Shown here: piece by piece, positions 17,474 through 27,502 of the stretch
Layout: each line of letters opens with the position of its first letter
Position numbering within the stretch: the first letter of the stretch is position 1
Source: Candidatus Woesearchaeota archaeon
GTDB taxonomy: Archaea > Nanobdellota > Nanobdellia > Woesearchaeales > WAPJ01
Assembly (NCBI GenBank): GCA_047602885.1
Contig: JBLKOQ010000002.1
Coordinates: forward strand, 5,464 to 69,463
Direction of reading: 5' to 3'
DNA: 64,000 nt
Translations under genes and position numbers: made by a program
Notes under the pieces: model-generated
Told to the model about the DNA's origin: nothing
Seen by the model: only the letters and a program-made list of their open reading frames with translations
The model's database searches: none

Positions 17474-19666
17474 TTGGTGAATAATAGCATGGCAGAGAAG
17501 ATGGTAGACAAGATTAAGAGGCTTATGAAAGAGCCTGACAGGATAAGAAATATTGGCACAAGCGCACATATTGATCATGGGAAGACAACATTCTCAGACA
17601 ACCTATTGCTAGGAGCTGGGATGATGAGCGCTGAACTTGCAGGCAAGCAATTGTCGTTGGATTTTCATGAGGATGAAAAGTCAAGGGGCATTACTATTGA
17701 TGCAGCCAATGTTTCTATGGTACACACCTATAATGGGCAGGAATATCTTATTAATCTTATAGACACTCCGGGCCACGTAGATTTTGGAGGGGACGTTACT
17801 CGTGCCATGAGGGCTATAGACGGCACTATAGTATTGATATGCGCTGTAGAGGGCGCTATGCCACAAACAGAAACAGTGCTCAGACAGGCCCTTAAAGAAA
17901 GAGTACGGCCAGTATTATTCATCAACAAGGTTGACCGCCTAATAAAAGAGTTAAAGCTCACTCCTGAAGCAATGCAAGAGAGGTTCATAAAGAATATAGC
18001 CAATATCAACAGGCTCATAGAAGGCATTGCCGAAGAGGATTATAAGGAGAAATGGCAGGTCAAGGTAGATACTGGGAGTGTTGCTTTTGGATCAGCATTC
18101 CATAACTGGGCATTGTCCATACCTTACATGAAAGAGAAGGGCATAACATTCAAGGATATTATAGAAGCATATGAGTCTGGGGATGACACTAAGATTAAAG
18201 AGCTTGCAATGAAAGCTCCACTGCACGAAGTAGTATTGGACATGGTCATAAAGAACCATCCTGCTCCTGTAGATGCCCAGAAATACAGGATAGGAAAGAT
18301 ATGGCACGGAGACCATGATTCTGAAGATTATACAAGTCTAAAAGGCTGTAATCCTCAAGGTCCTGGAGCTTTCGTATGCACTAAGATAGTAGTAGACAAG
18401 CATGCAGGAGAAGTTGCTGCGGGAAGACTGTTTTCTGGAATGTTAGAACAAGGCCAGGAAGTGTATATGATTAATAACAAGACTAAGGTTAGGATACAAC
18501 AATTATCTGTATATAATGGTCCTAAAAGAGAGATTATAGACAAGGCTTATCCCGGCAATATTATTGGTATAGTAGGATTAAAAGATGTCTTTTCTGGAGA
18601 GACTGTTTCTACAAGGCAGGATTTTACTCCTTTCGAGGCTATAAAGCACATCTTTGATCCTGTTGTTACTAAGGCTATCGAGGCCAAGAAGCCTTCAGAC
18701 CTTCCTAAACTAGTGGAGGTATTAAGGCAGGTGAATAAGGAAGATCCTACTATTACTGTAGAGATTAATGAGGAGACAGGAGAACACCTAATATCAGGAA
18801 TGGGAGAATTGCACCTTGAGGTTATAGAGAACAGAATCAAGAGTGAGAAAGGTGTTGATGTCAATACTTCCAGTCCTATAGTGGTCCATAGGGAAACTAT
18901 TACTAATACTAGTGAAGAGCATGAAGGAAAATCTCCCAATAAGCATAATAAGTTCTATTTCAAGATAGAGCCGTTGCCTGAAGCGATGATATCACTCATT
19001 AAGTCAGGTGATATTAGTGATGGCAGGGTCAAGAAGAAAGACTCTGAGATATGGAATACTTTCGAGAAGGGAGGTATGGATAGGGATGAGGCGAGAAGAG
19101 TAAGAGACGTCTATAATGGTAATTTATTAGTAGATAATACTAGAGGAATAGTATATATTGGAGAGGTTATCGAACTCATAATGGACAGTTTTGAGGATGT
19201 TATGAGGAATGGTCCTTTGACGCGTGAGCCTTGCAGCAACCTAAAAGTGGTTATTACTGACATGAAATTGCATGAGGATGCTATCCATAGGGGTCCTAGC
19301 CAGGTATATCCTGCTATTAGAGAGGGTATTAGGGGTTCTATGATGACAGGAAAACCCATATTATTAGAGCCTGTACAGATAATGGAATTTGATGCTCCTT
19401 CAGAATATGTAGGAGAAATCTCTAAACTGATATCCAATAGGAGAGGACAACTGTTGGATATGACACAAGACGATTTTAGCATATCTGTCAAGGCCAAGAT
19501 TCCTGTAGCTGAAACATTTGGACTAAGCTCTGACTTGAGGAGTGCTACTGGGGGAAGAGGATCACAATTCGTTGTAGACCAGTTGTTCGAGATGCTTCCT
19601 TATGAGCTGCAGAATGCGAGGATAAAAGAGATTAGGCAAAGAAAAGGATTGAAGAGCGAAGAGTGA
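17474..19666 (+). CDS. fusA: Elongation factor aEF-2
   Basis: AHIDHGKTT, DTPGHVDFGG, NKVD and the diphthamide-site motif HEDAIHRG. Confidence 0.98.
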   Translation: MVNNSMAEKMVDKIKRLMKEPDRIRNIGTSAHIDHGKTTFSDNLLLGAGMMSAELAGKQLSLDFHEDEKSRGITIDAANVSMVHTYNGQEYLINLIDTPGHVDFGGDVTRAMRAIDGTIVLICAVEGAMPQTETVLRQALKERVRPVLFINKVDRLIKELKLTPEAMQERFIKNIANINRLIEGIAEEDYKEKWQVKVDTGSVAFGSAFHNWALSIPYMKEKGITFKDIIEAYESGDDTKIKELAMKAPLHEVVLDMVIKNHPAPVDAQKYRIGKIWHGDHDSEDYTSLKGCNPQGPGAFVCTKIVVDKHAGEVAAGRLFSGMLEQGQEVYMINNKTKVRIQQLSVYNGPKREIIDKAYPGNIIGIVGLKDVFSGETVSTRQDFTPFEAIKHIFDPVVTKAIEAKKPSDLPKLVEVLRQVNKEDPTITVEINEETGEHLISGMGELHLEVIENRIKSEKGVDVNTSSPIVVHRETITNTSEEHEGKSPNKHNKFYFKIEPLPEAMISLIKSGDISDGRVKKKDSEIWNTFEKGGMDRDEARRVRDVYNGNLLVDNTRGIVYIGEVIELIMDSFEDVMRNGPLTREPCSNLKVVITDMKLHEDAIHRGPSQVYPAIREGIRGSMMTGKPILLEPVQIMEFDAPSEYVGEISKLISNRRGQLLDMTQDDFSISVKAKIPVAETFGLSSDLRSATGGRGSQFVVDQLFEMLPYELQNARIKEIRQRKGLKSEE

Positions 19667-19762
19667 TGATGCCGAGCATAAACCAGGAGTAACATTTATA
19701 AATGCTTCTGGGCATCCATGACGAATCGCACTGTAAATATTATATTGGCGGAGGTATATATA

Positions 19763-21049
19763 ATGGCAAAAGAGAAACCACACATGAATGTCGTATTTAT
19801 CGGTCACGTTGACCACGGAAAGTCAACAAGTGTCGGTAGGCTAATGTACGATTCAGGAAATATTGACGAACAGGCTATGAGAAAGCTCACTGACAAGGCT
19901 AAAGACCTTGGAAAATCAGGTTTTGAGTTCGCATTCGTTATGGACAACCTTAAAGAAGAGCAGGAGAGAGGAGTTACTATAGACCTTGCTCATAAGAGGT
20001 TCAATTCCGACAAGTACGATTTTACTATCATCGATGCACCAGGACACAGGGATTTTGTTAAGAACATGATTACCGGAGCATCACAAGCAGATGCAGGAGT
20101 CTTAGTCGTAGCTGCTAATGATGGTGTAATGGCACAGACCAAAGAGCACGTATTCTTGTCCAAAACACTAGGAGTAGGACAACTAATAGTAGCTGTTAAC
20201 AAGATGGACATGAAAGGATACGACCAGAAAGTATTTGAAGATGTTAAGACACAAGTATCAACTCTTTTGAAGAGCGTAGGCTATAAAGTAGACCAAGTTC
20301 AATTCGTGCCTATAGCAAGCCTTAAGGGAGATAATGTTGTTAAGAAGTCTGAGAATATGTCATGGTATACTGGTCCTACATTACTAGAAGCACTTAATAA
20401 TCTTAGTGAGCCTGAAAAGCCTGTAGACCTTCCATTAAGGCTCCCTGTACAAGACGTATATAATATTACTGGTATAGGAGTTGTTCCTGTAGGAAGGATA
20501 GAGACTGGTACTATGAAGATAGGAGATAAGATAACAGCTGTTCCTGGAAGGGAAGGCAAGGGTGTTAACGGAGAAATTAAGAGCATAGAGATGCACCATG
20601 AGCAGGTACAGATGGCTGAGCCGGGAGACAATGTAGGATTCAATGTCAGGGGTATAGGAAAGAAAGACTTGCAGAGAGGAGATGTTATCGGAGCTTCTGC
20701 TAATGTCCCTACCGTTGCGCAAGAGTTTACAGCCCAGATAGTAATATTGAATCATCCTACTGTGGTCACTGTAGGCTATACTCCTGTATTCCATATCCAT
20801 ACAGCGCAAGTAGCATGTACCTTTACCGAGATAGTAAAGAAGCTCAATCCTGCTACCGGAGAGGTTATGGCTGAGAACCCTGACTTTATCAGGAACGGCG
20901 ATGTAGCTATAGTAAAGATAAGACCTGTTCAACCACTGGTTATAGAAAAGCAGGCTGAAATCCCTCAATTGTCAAGATTTGCTATTAGGGATTCTGGTAC
21001 TACTGTAGCAGCTGGGATGTGCATAGACCTTGTCAAGAAGCAAGCATAG
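19763..21049 (+). CDS. tuf: Elongation factor aEF-1alpha
   Basis: [17 protein letters not shown] and NKMD. The start at MAKEKP follows GGAGGT. Confidence 0.98.
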   Translation: MAKEKPHMNVVFIGHVDHGKSTSVGRLMYDSGNIDEQAMRKLTDKAKDLGKSGFEFAFVMDNLKEEQERGVTIDLAHKRFNSDKYDFTIIDAPGHRDFVKNMITGASQADAGVLVVAANDGVMAQTKEHVFLSKTLGVGQLIVAVNKMDMKGYDQKVFEDVKTQVSTLLKSVGYKVDQVQFVPIASLKGDNVVKKSENMSWYTGPTLLEALNNLSEPEKPVDLPLRLPVQDVYNITGIGVVPVGRIETGTMKIGDKITAVPGREGKGVNGEIKSIEMHHEQVQMAEPGDNVGFNVRGIGKKDLQRGDVIGASANVPTVAQEFTAQIVILNHPTVVTVGYTPVFHIHTAQVACTFTEIVKKLNPATGEVMAENPDFIRNGDVAIVKIRPVQPLVIEKQAEIPQLSRFAIRDSGTTVAAGMCIDLVKKQA

Positions 21050-21060
21050 TGTGATGTAAT

Positions 21061-21369
21061 ATGTCGAGAGCCCGCATTAAGATAGCATCCACGGATATAG
21101 ACAAGGTTAACCAGGTCTGTAATGAGATCCGTGATATATCCCAGAAGACGGGCGTTGACATGTCAGGTCCTATACCATTGCCTACCAAGAGGCTTAAGAT
21201 TACTACTAGGAAGAGTCCTTGTGGTAATGGTAAGGCTACTTGGGATAGGTATGAGATGCGTATACACAAGAGGCTTATAGACTTGGCTATGGATGAGAGA
21301 GCATTGAGACTTGTTATGCGCGTTGCTATTCCAGAAGGTCTTAATATCGAGATAGAAATGCTAGAATAA
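21061..21369 (+). CDS. rps10: 30S ribosomal protein uS10
   Basis: GPIPLPTK, RKSPCG and MRIHKRLID. Confidence 0.98.
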   Translation: MSRARIKIASTDIDKVNQVCNEIRDISQKTGVDMSGPIPLPTKRLKITTRKSPCGNGKATWDRYEMRIHKRLIDLAMDERALRLVMRVAIPEGLNIEIEMLE

Positions 21370-21500
21370 TAAAAATTTTTTTGTAATCTTCTATTAACGA
21401 AATTCTGTCTTATTAATATATTATTTTGTATCCTAACTCGTATTTATGTGATAAAAGATATAAATAGTGCATGTTTTCGTAACATCCAGGTGATGCTTAT

Positions 21501-21704
21501 ATGGCAAAGAAAACAACACAAAAAACATCTGGCTCAGACTCGGATGATGTGCTCGCAGTAGTAGCATACTTAACAATAATAGGATGGATACTATGGATAC
21601 CGATGGTAGTGTTATGGATTATGGGATTGTTGAATGCTCTTAATAAGAAGCAAGTCCCTGTGCCTGTTATAGGAAAGCTTGCTGAAGAGCACTTCAAGTG
21701 GTAA
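21501..21704 (+). CDS. Short DUF4870-like membrane protein, apparently internally deleted
   Basis: AVVAYL...IIGWI is joined directly to VLWIMGLLNAL...VPVIG. An AGGTGA Shine-Dalgarno lies upstream. Confidence 0.65.
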   Translation: MAKKTTQKTSGSDSDDVLAVVAYLTIIGWILWIPMVVLWIMGLLNALNKKQVPVPVIGKLAEEHFKW

Positions 21705-21778
21705 TTATTCCAAAAAGTTTACTAAAACCCTTTTTTCTTTGGATAGATTTATATTATTATTAATGCAAGAATAATATT

Positions 21779-23095
21779 ATGATAAGAAAGAATCGTGTTT
21801 ATGAAAATGATAATAATAGTAATAATCATACTAATAATAGGTCTCATACTATATCATTATCAGAAGAGTTTAACAGCCTTCATATCTCAGAATTGGTGCC
21901 TGCTACCAATAAAATACCAGTAAACAAGCTTATCAAGGTATTTCCTTACCTTAAACAAAAACACCAGGAATACCTTATACACAGCATCCCTAAGAATAAA
22001 GCATCAATGATATTATCAAAGCTTAAGTCTGATGATATATCAAGGCTACTATCTAATGCGCCTCCAAGAACCATAAATTATCTACTGCCATTATTGTCTT
22101 ATAATGACAGGGAGTATGCCAAATCACAATTAAAATATCCTGCTAAGAGTGTCGGGAGGATAATGACTGATGAGTTCATATCAGTCCATAATTCGTGGAC
22201 TGTAGGAAGGGCAATGCAAAAGATAAGAAAAGAAGGTATGGATGCTGAAACACTGCATTTCATATACGTAGTTGATGATACCGGAAGATTATTGGATGAT
22301 ATTAGGCTAAGAACATTAGTGATAGCCAGTGCCAACAAAAAAATATCCAGTCTTATGGACAGGCATTATGCTTCTCTTAGTCCTTATGACGATCAGGAAA
22401 AAGCAGTAGAACTAATGAGACGATATGATCATTACTGCCTTCCTGTAGTAGACAGGGATTATAGGATTATAGGAATAGTCACTGCTGATGACATATTAGA
22501 TGTTGCCGAAGAAGAGGCCACGGAGGATATTCATAAAGGCGCTAGTATTATGCCACTAAAGGACTCTTATACTCATACTAGCATAATGCATATTTATGGC
22601 AGGAGAATATGGTGGCTTGCACTACTAGTAATAATAAATCTAGTCAGTAGTGGTGTCATAGCGGCTTATGAGGAGACTCTTGCAGGAGCAATAGCACTCG
22701 CATTCTTTATTCCTCTCCTAATAGATAGTGGCGGTAATACTGGTAGCCAGTCAGCCACTCTTATGATTAGGGCTATGGCTACAGGAGATGTGGCTATGAG
22801 GATGTGGAGGAAAGTCTTTTTTAGAGAGATTATCATAGGAATATTGTTGGGTGTTACTCTAGGGTTTATGGCATATTGGCTTGGAATATTCAGAGCCAAT
22901 AGTATGATAGGATTTGTAGTAGGGATTACTATGATACTAATAATCTTAGTATCTAATATATTAGGTGCTATGCTTCCTTTCATACTATCTAAACTAAATG
23001 TTGATCCTGCAATGGCATCAGCGCCCCTAATAACCAGTTTTGCAGATGCTATAGGACTACTAATATATTTGTCTGTAGCTACTATGATGCTATAG
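21779..23095 (+). CDS. mgtE: Magnesium transporter MgtE
   Basis: CBS pair plus SGGNTGSQSAT and DPAMASAPLITSFAD. Confidence 0.96.
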   Translation: MIRKNRVYENDNNSNNHTNNRSHTISLSEEFNSLHISELVPATNKIPVNKLIKVFPYLKQKHQEYLIHSIPKNKASMILSKLKSDDISRLLSNAPPRTINYLLPLLSYNDREYAKSQLKYPAKSVGRIMTDEFISVHNSWTVGRAMQKIRKEGMDAETLHFIYVVDDTGRLLDDIRLRTLVIASANKKISSLMDRHYASLSPYDDQEKAVELMRRYDHYCLPVVDRDYRIIGIVTADDILDVAEEEATEDIHKGASIMPLKDSYTHTSIMHIYGRRIWWLALLVIINLVSSGVIAAYEETLAGAIALAFFIPLLIDSGGNTGSQSATLMIRAMATGDVAMRMWRKVFFREIIIGILLGVTLGFMAYWLGIFRANSMIGFVVGITMILIILVSNILGAMLPFILSKLNVDPAMASAPLITSFADAIGLLIYLSVATMML

Positions 23096-23102
23096 ATGAT
23101 AG

Positions 23103-23197
23103 CGCCGAGGATGGGATTCGAACCCATAATCCCAAAGGGAGCGGTTTACTCGCATTCCTTTCGAGACCGCCGCAATACCAGGTTATGCGACCTCGGC
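23103..23197 (-). tRNA. tRNA-Ser(CGA) with a 13-nt intron (23147..23159)
   Basis: GCGGT-CTCGAA-[AGGAATGCGAGTA]-A-ACCGC with central helix CTCG/CGAG and a long variable arm. Confidence 0.94.
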
Positions 23198-23241
23198 ATA
23201 ATACACAAGTCGTATCATCTCTTTTTTAAGATGTTTCTTTC

Positions 23242-25120
23242 TCAGTCTATTCTTTTTAATAATACTGTGCTCATAGCATAATCAGTATCCCAAGAATAAT
23301 CTGTATATCCATATGATCCTATTCTTTCAAGGACTCCCATCTCAGGCGGAAATTCTATTTCCGAACCTGTAGCGTCATAACGCCCCTCTATTTCTTTGCC
23401 CATACCTCTTAATTCTTTAAAACAATTTTTTTCGGCATATTCTGTTATATAGCTAAGGAATGCATTGTCTATCTCTTTAGAATATTGTTGAACAGTAGGA
23501 TTATGCTTGGTTAAGTATTGTCCGTTTGATAACAATACCATTTCACCATTCTGGTTAAGCATCGCTTCTAGCAAATAGAATCCTACAGTTTCACCCTTAT
23601 GAACTACTTCGACGAACTGAGAGCTTAATGATTCGAAGTGTCCTCGCATTAGTGGAGCTCCATAAGTTCCTTGTCCCATCTCTTCTATGCCATGAGGATT
23701 GTCATAGTAGAATCCTATGCAGGCACCTCCACTATTTCCTATTTTTAGGCTTTTAATAGGGTCTTTATCAGATATTTTCAGTCCAAAAACAAAATCATTA
23801 TCTCCGTTTGATTTTCCTGTTAGTCTAGCGTTAAGGTTTCTTAGCTTTTGTATTTGTGATTCTGCAAGGTGTGGATAGGTTGCATTACCTTTTCTTTCTA
23901 AATACTCCCTTAATAGTCTTGATGCTTCAAGTCCACTATTTTGGTCTTCACTAACCCGTCCTAGTATGCTTTGTAAGGTTTCTTCTACAGAAGCTTCCAT
24001 TTTTATGTTTAGGTTATCTGCTATCTTTTGTAACGCTCTTTCAGGTTTTCTAAAATACTGTTTTTCGAATAATGTTCTTATAATATCTGTTAATTCAGCA
24101 GAATGCATAGAGTACGGGTTTTCTGAGAATTTATTACCAACAACAGCATATGTTCTCTCTTCGAAGTCGGAACCTCTTTGGTCAATATCTATTCCTCTAC
24201 TTTGTGCCATTATTAAAAAATGTTGATCTTCATTCCTACGGTGATCATCTAATCTTCCTTCAAGACCTTCAACTAACGTCTTAGCATAATCAGGATAGAG
24301 AATGGCTTGTGCTAGAACGTCTGCGGCTCTTGATCTATCCGTTCTTTTTACTAATGATTGGTATTGGGAATCGTTGATTATTATCTTTTCTTGCCTTGCT
24401 ATTCTTGTCAAATCATCTTTATCTGTTTTTTTGAGTTTGGCTAGTCTGGTTATGGCTTCATAAAGTACGGGCTTATTCTTGATTAGATCAATTATTGTAT
24501 CAGTTAGTTCTTCATCTTTTGGTTTTAGCATGCTCTGTAACTCTATGGCATCTTTCATCAACATGCCACTATCAAGGAAATCGGATATCCTATAGTCTGT
24601 ATGCTTACTCTCGCCTTTTAACCTATTACGACAGTGTGCTTCTGTATCGTGTTCAAACCAGGCTTCTAATGCTGCGCTTACTTGTTCAGGAGAATATCCG
24701 GCTGTGTCTGAATTGAAAATAGTAGCTTCTTCTAATATCTGAATCTTTATTTTTTGTTACATCGGTTAGATAAGCTATAATCATTTCAGATAGTGAAGCA
24801 TCTACTAATTCTCTGGGCAGCATGTGTTCCAGAAAGGTATAGCCAGATTGCAATATGCTCTCTTCATACCTTATCACTTCAGGGAATAATACTGGTGACA
24901 CCCTTTCTTCTATTTCATATTCGCTAACTAATCCTATAACTTTGTCCAAGACAGGATAATCCGATAGATTGATAGCACTCGCAACATTAAATCCTCTGTT
25001 AACAAATATGTGTCTTAATTCTTCTTTTGATGGCTCGCTAATTGCTCTTCCCTTAACTATTTCTGTTACTAGATCATCAACTACTTCTTCTAGGAATGCC
25101 TTACTACTGTACCCATCCAT
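23242..25120 (-). pseudogene. Large hypothetical protein (about 625 aa) interrupted by one frameshift, joining ORFs 24686..25120 and 23242..24564
   Basis: The downstream frame is open upstream to about 24756 and overlaps the upstream ORF. Removing one A from the A6 run (T6 at 24750..24755) fuses them. Confidence 0.75.
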
Positions 25121-25661
25121 ATGATACCACTATGTAGTAGTATTACTTACATGTATTTAAATATACCGCTTCACGTAATGCATAGGGCCATGACATATGT
25201 CCCTCTTACTTAATTTTATAGAGCAACATTCCCAGCAGAAACTCTTTTCTGCATTTGTTTAACGAACCAACCTCTCTTTTTAAAGGTCAGCTTATACAAA
25301 CACAACACTCATTCAAATGGAAGATGAAATACAAGCGGAACAAAAAACGTAATAGCAGACCTAATTAACGATTATGAAAAAGAATATATAGAGGTGTAAC
25401 CCACATTAAGTATGTTTATGAATAAAAATAATTTGAAACAAAACTGTAGAAATTCTTTTACTGAGGATATTACTGCTGTTACACATGATTTTCATTATCT
25501 ATTCTTGTTACAAGATAACTGTAATTTTACTATAAACACACTCGTCAGTTTGACTACGATTGCGTTTCATAAACCTAGACCAAGAATAAATAGTACTGAA
25601 GATATTTAGTATAAAAATAACAAAGATAACCAAACTCATAAAATAAAAAAGAGGTATACAC

Positions 25662-26417
25662 ATGACCAATAAAAAGAAAAAAACAATAAAAACACGCATC
25701 AAAGACACTGATTCAAAAAACAACGCAAGACAACATACATGGGTTTGGATTCTGATTATTTTATCAGCATTAGCAATTATCTTTCTTTTATCAATCAGTA
25801 ATATTGGATATTTATATAGTACAAACATAAATGATCCAATATGTAGGTATGTTCAAATCCCATATGAAGCTCAAGAATCATACCTTAGGACAGAGTACTA
25901 TGTTGAGAGCGTTCCATATACGCACTCTGAGTGTGAAGAGAAAGACATACCGTACTCAATAGAAAGCTTTCGATTTTTATCAAATAATTGTAATCAAGTT
26001 CAAGAAATATGCAATAAGTTTTTTCTCGGTATATGTACCGAAAAAACAACGTTTTGTATAGATAGGACTGTAAGTTGTACTTTGGATTTAACTAATCTGG
26101 ATAGTGAAGAAAGAGGTTATTTTACAGTACGTTTTAACTTTTTTGAACAAGGTAGCAACAATTACATAAAACATAGTGATGATAGTAGACTAGTATATGC
26201 CCAAACAAGATCGAGTTTTTCTGGTTCTGTCAGAATCATTAGTGAAGGAGAAGATGGTGATGCAAACAAACAATTATCATGTAATCATGTTCTCTTGAGA
26301 AAGCCTACTAAAACTGTCTGTAGAGACGTAATACAGTATCGTGACGTCCAAAGGGAGAGACAAGTAACTGCTTATAGACCTATCACAAAGTATAGATCAG
26401 AACAAATATGCGATTGA
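25662..26417 (+). CDS. Membrane-anchored Cys-rich surface protein of unknown function
   Basis: Basic N-terminus, one TM helix, multiple Cys, and V/Y/T/E-rich segments at both ends of the ectodomain. Confidence 0.8.
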   Translation: MTNKKKKTIKTRIKDTDSKNNARQHTWVWILIILSALAIIFLLSISNIGYLYSTNINDPICRYVQIPYEAQESYLRTEYYVESVPYTHSECEEKDIPYSIESFRFLSNNCNQVQEICNKFFLGICTEKTTFCIDRTVSCTLDLTNLDSEERGYFTVRFNFFEQGSNNYIKHSDDSRLVYAQTRSSFSGSVRIISEGEDGDANKQLSCNHVLLRKPTKTVCRDVIQYRDVQRERQVTAYRPITKYRSEQICD

Positions 26418-26471
26418 CAAGTAAAACCTGTTTATAAAACCCACAGACACAAAACGTATTAAAAATTTTAC

Positions 26472-26546
26472 TGCCCCCGCCGGGATTCGAACCCGAGTCC
26501 TCCGGTCGAAAGCCGGAGATGATAGGCCGGACTACACCACAGGGGC
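26472..26546 (-). tRNA. tRNA-Glu(TTC)
   Basis: Cloverleaf with anticodon arm TCCGG-CTTTCGA-CCGGA. Confidence 0.97.
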
Positions 26547-26584
26547 AATCACTATCGGAATCCACAATCCTTTTTTAAACGTTA

Positions 26585-27277
26585 TCATATCCTTCCCAGA
26601 ATAGTAGTATCGAGCTTTATAGGCTCTTCTATTATAAAATGCTCTGCATATTCCATACTATTCATCCTGCCTATATGCCTCCTGCTCGCTCTAAGATATT
26701 CTATCAGAAAACCGTCTCTTAATTGTGTCTGGCTCTTATGGGCATTCCATAGCCTAACACAATCTTCTATAACATCACTGACATCTATGACGAATGACGG
26801 CTTATGATATTTTGGAACCATATAATATATTATTCTTTGAGCATTATGGTGCTCTCCTGTAATATTGCAGTTCTTGAATTTTGCAAATCTTGCCGCCGTT
26901 CTAATAGTCTTTCCTAGTCCTGTATGGTCTGGATGCGCAGCTCCATCAGTATGGGAATAATCATTGGTATGGTATGGCACGAATATCGTATTTGGCTTGT
27001 ATTCTCTTATTATTACAGCCATTTCTTTGGCTAGCCTTACAGAATATTCTATGCTATTATCCTCATATCCTAATACTATTACTTTGTATCCTCCTATGCG
27101 TCCTGCTTCTAATGCTTCCTTATGCCTTTCTTCAGGACTGCCATATGTTCCTGCCTCTCCCCTAGTAAGCACTACACTAGTCACATTATTGTTTTTTGCC
27201 AGTTTTAGGAGGGTTCCTCCCATGCCAAATTCACTGTCGTCAGGATGCGCCGAGAATACCAGTATATTGTCTGCCAT
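26585..27277 (-). CDS. PIG-L family GlcNAc deacetylase (BshB1-like)
   Basis: SAHPDDSEFGMGG, TRGEAG, HPDH and AHKSQ. Start at MADNIL. Confidence 0.92.
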   Translation of the reverse strand: MADNILVFSAHPDDSEFGMGGTLLKLAKNNNVTSVVLTRGEAGTYGSPEERHKEALEAGRIGGYKVIVLGYEDNSIEYSVRLAKEMAVIIREYKPNTIFVPYHTNDYSHTDGAAHPDHTGLGKTIRTAARFAKFKNCNITGEHHNAQRIIYYMVPKYHKPSFVIDVSDVIEDCVRLWNAHKSQTQLRDGFLIEYLRASRRHIGRMNSMEYAEHFIIEEPIKLDTTILGRI

Positions 27278-27348
27278 ATTACCTAGTAGGTATAGACCTA
27301 TATAATATGGTATGTTTATTTTTGGTTCTTTATTAAATGTTTGTTTAA

Positions 27349-27442
27349 GTGTGCTATGCGCCACCCCGTAGGGGCCAACCCCCAGCGCATCAGCGTCAAG
27401 CGTGAACGTTCGTTCCCGCTCCAGCTGACGGCTGTCGCACAC
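27349..27442 (-). ncRNA. Structured repeat family A, copy 1 (94 nt, candidate ncRNA)
   Basis: Ungapped match to 46725..46818, terminal stem GTGTGC/GCACAC, and a UNCG loop with G-U-compatible substitutions on the minus strand. Confidence 0.7.
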
Positions 27443-27502
27443 TTGTATTATAAAGCACTTATTTCCCAATATATTTAAAGGGACTTTGTTTTCTGTATAA
27501 TT

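Noticed and set aside
19668..19716. Imperfect inverted repeat between EF-2 and EF-1a
   Set aside because: It surrounds an ordinary TTTATAAA promoter and the pairing is too weak to call.
25290..25610. Short ORF fragments in the island spacer
   Set aside because: They are interrupted and have no identifiable family.
27349..27442. Family A as divergent 5S rRNA or hammerhead ribozyme
   Set aside because: The three-way topology and ACAGC start resemble 5S, but the loop C equivalent is variable and there is no loop E AGUA/GAA. CUGAUG is not followed by A and there is no GAAA, so the hammerhead core is incomplete.
27278..27469. N-terminal extensions of the PIG-L ORF (and of ORFs 46725.. and 9727..10440)
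   Set aside because: They are translations through RNA elements or tRNAs. The family motifs start at downstream ATGs.
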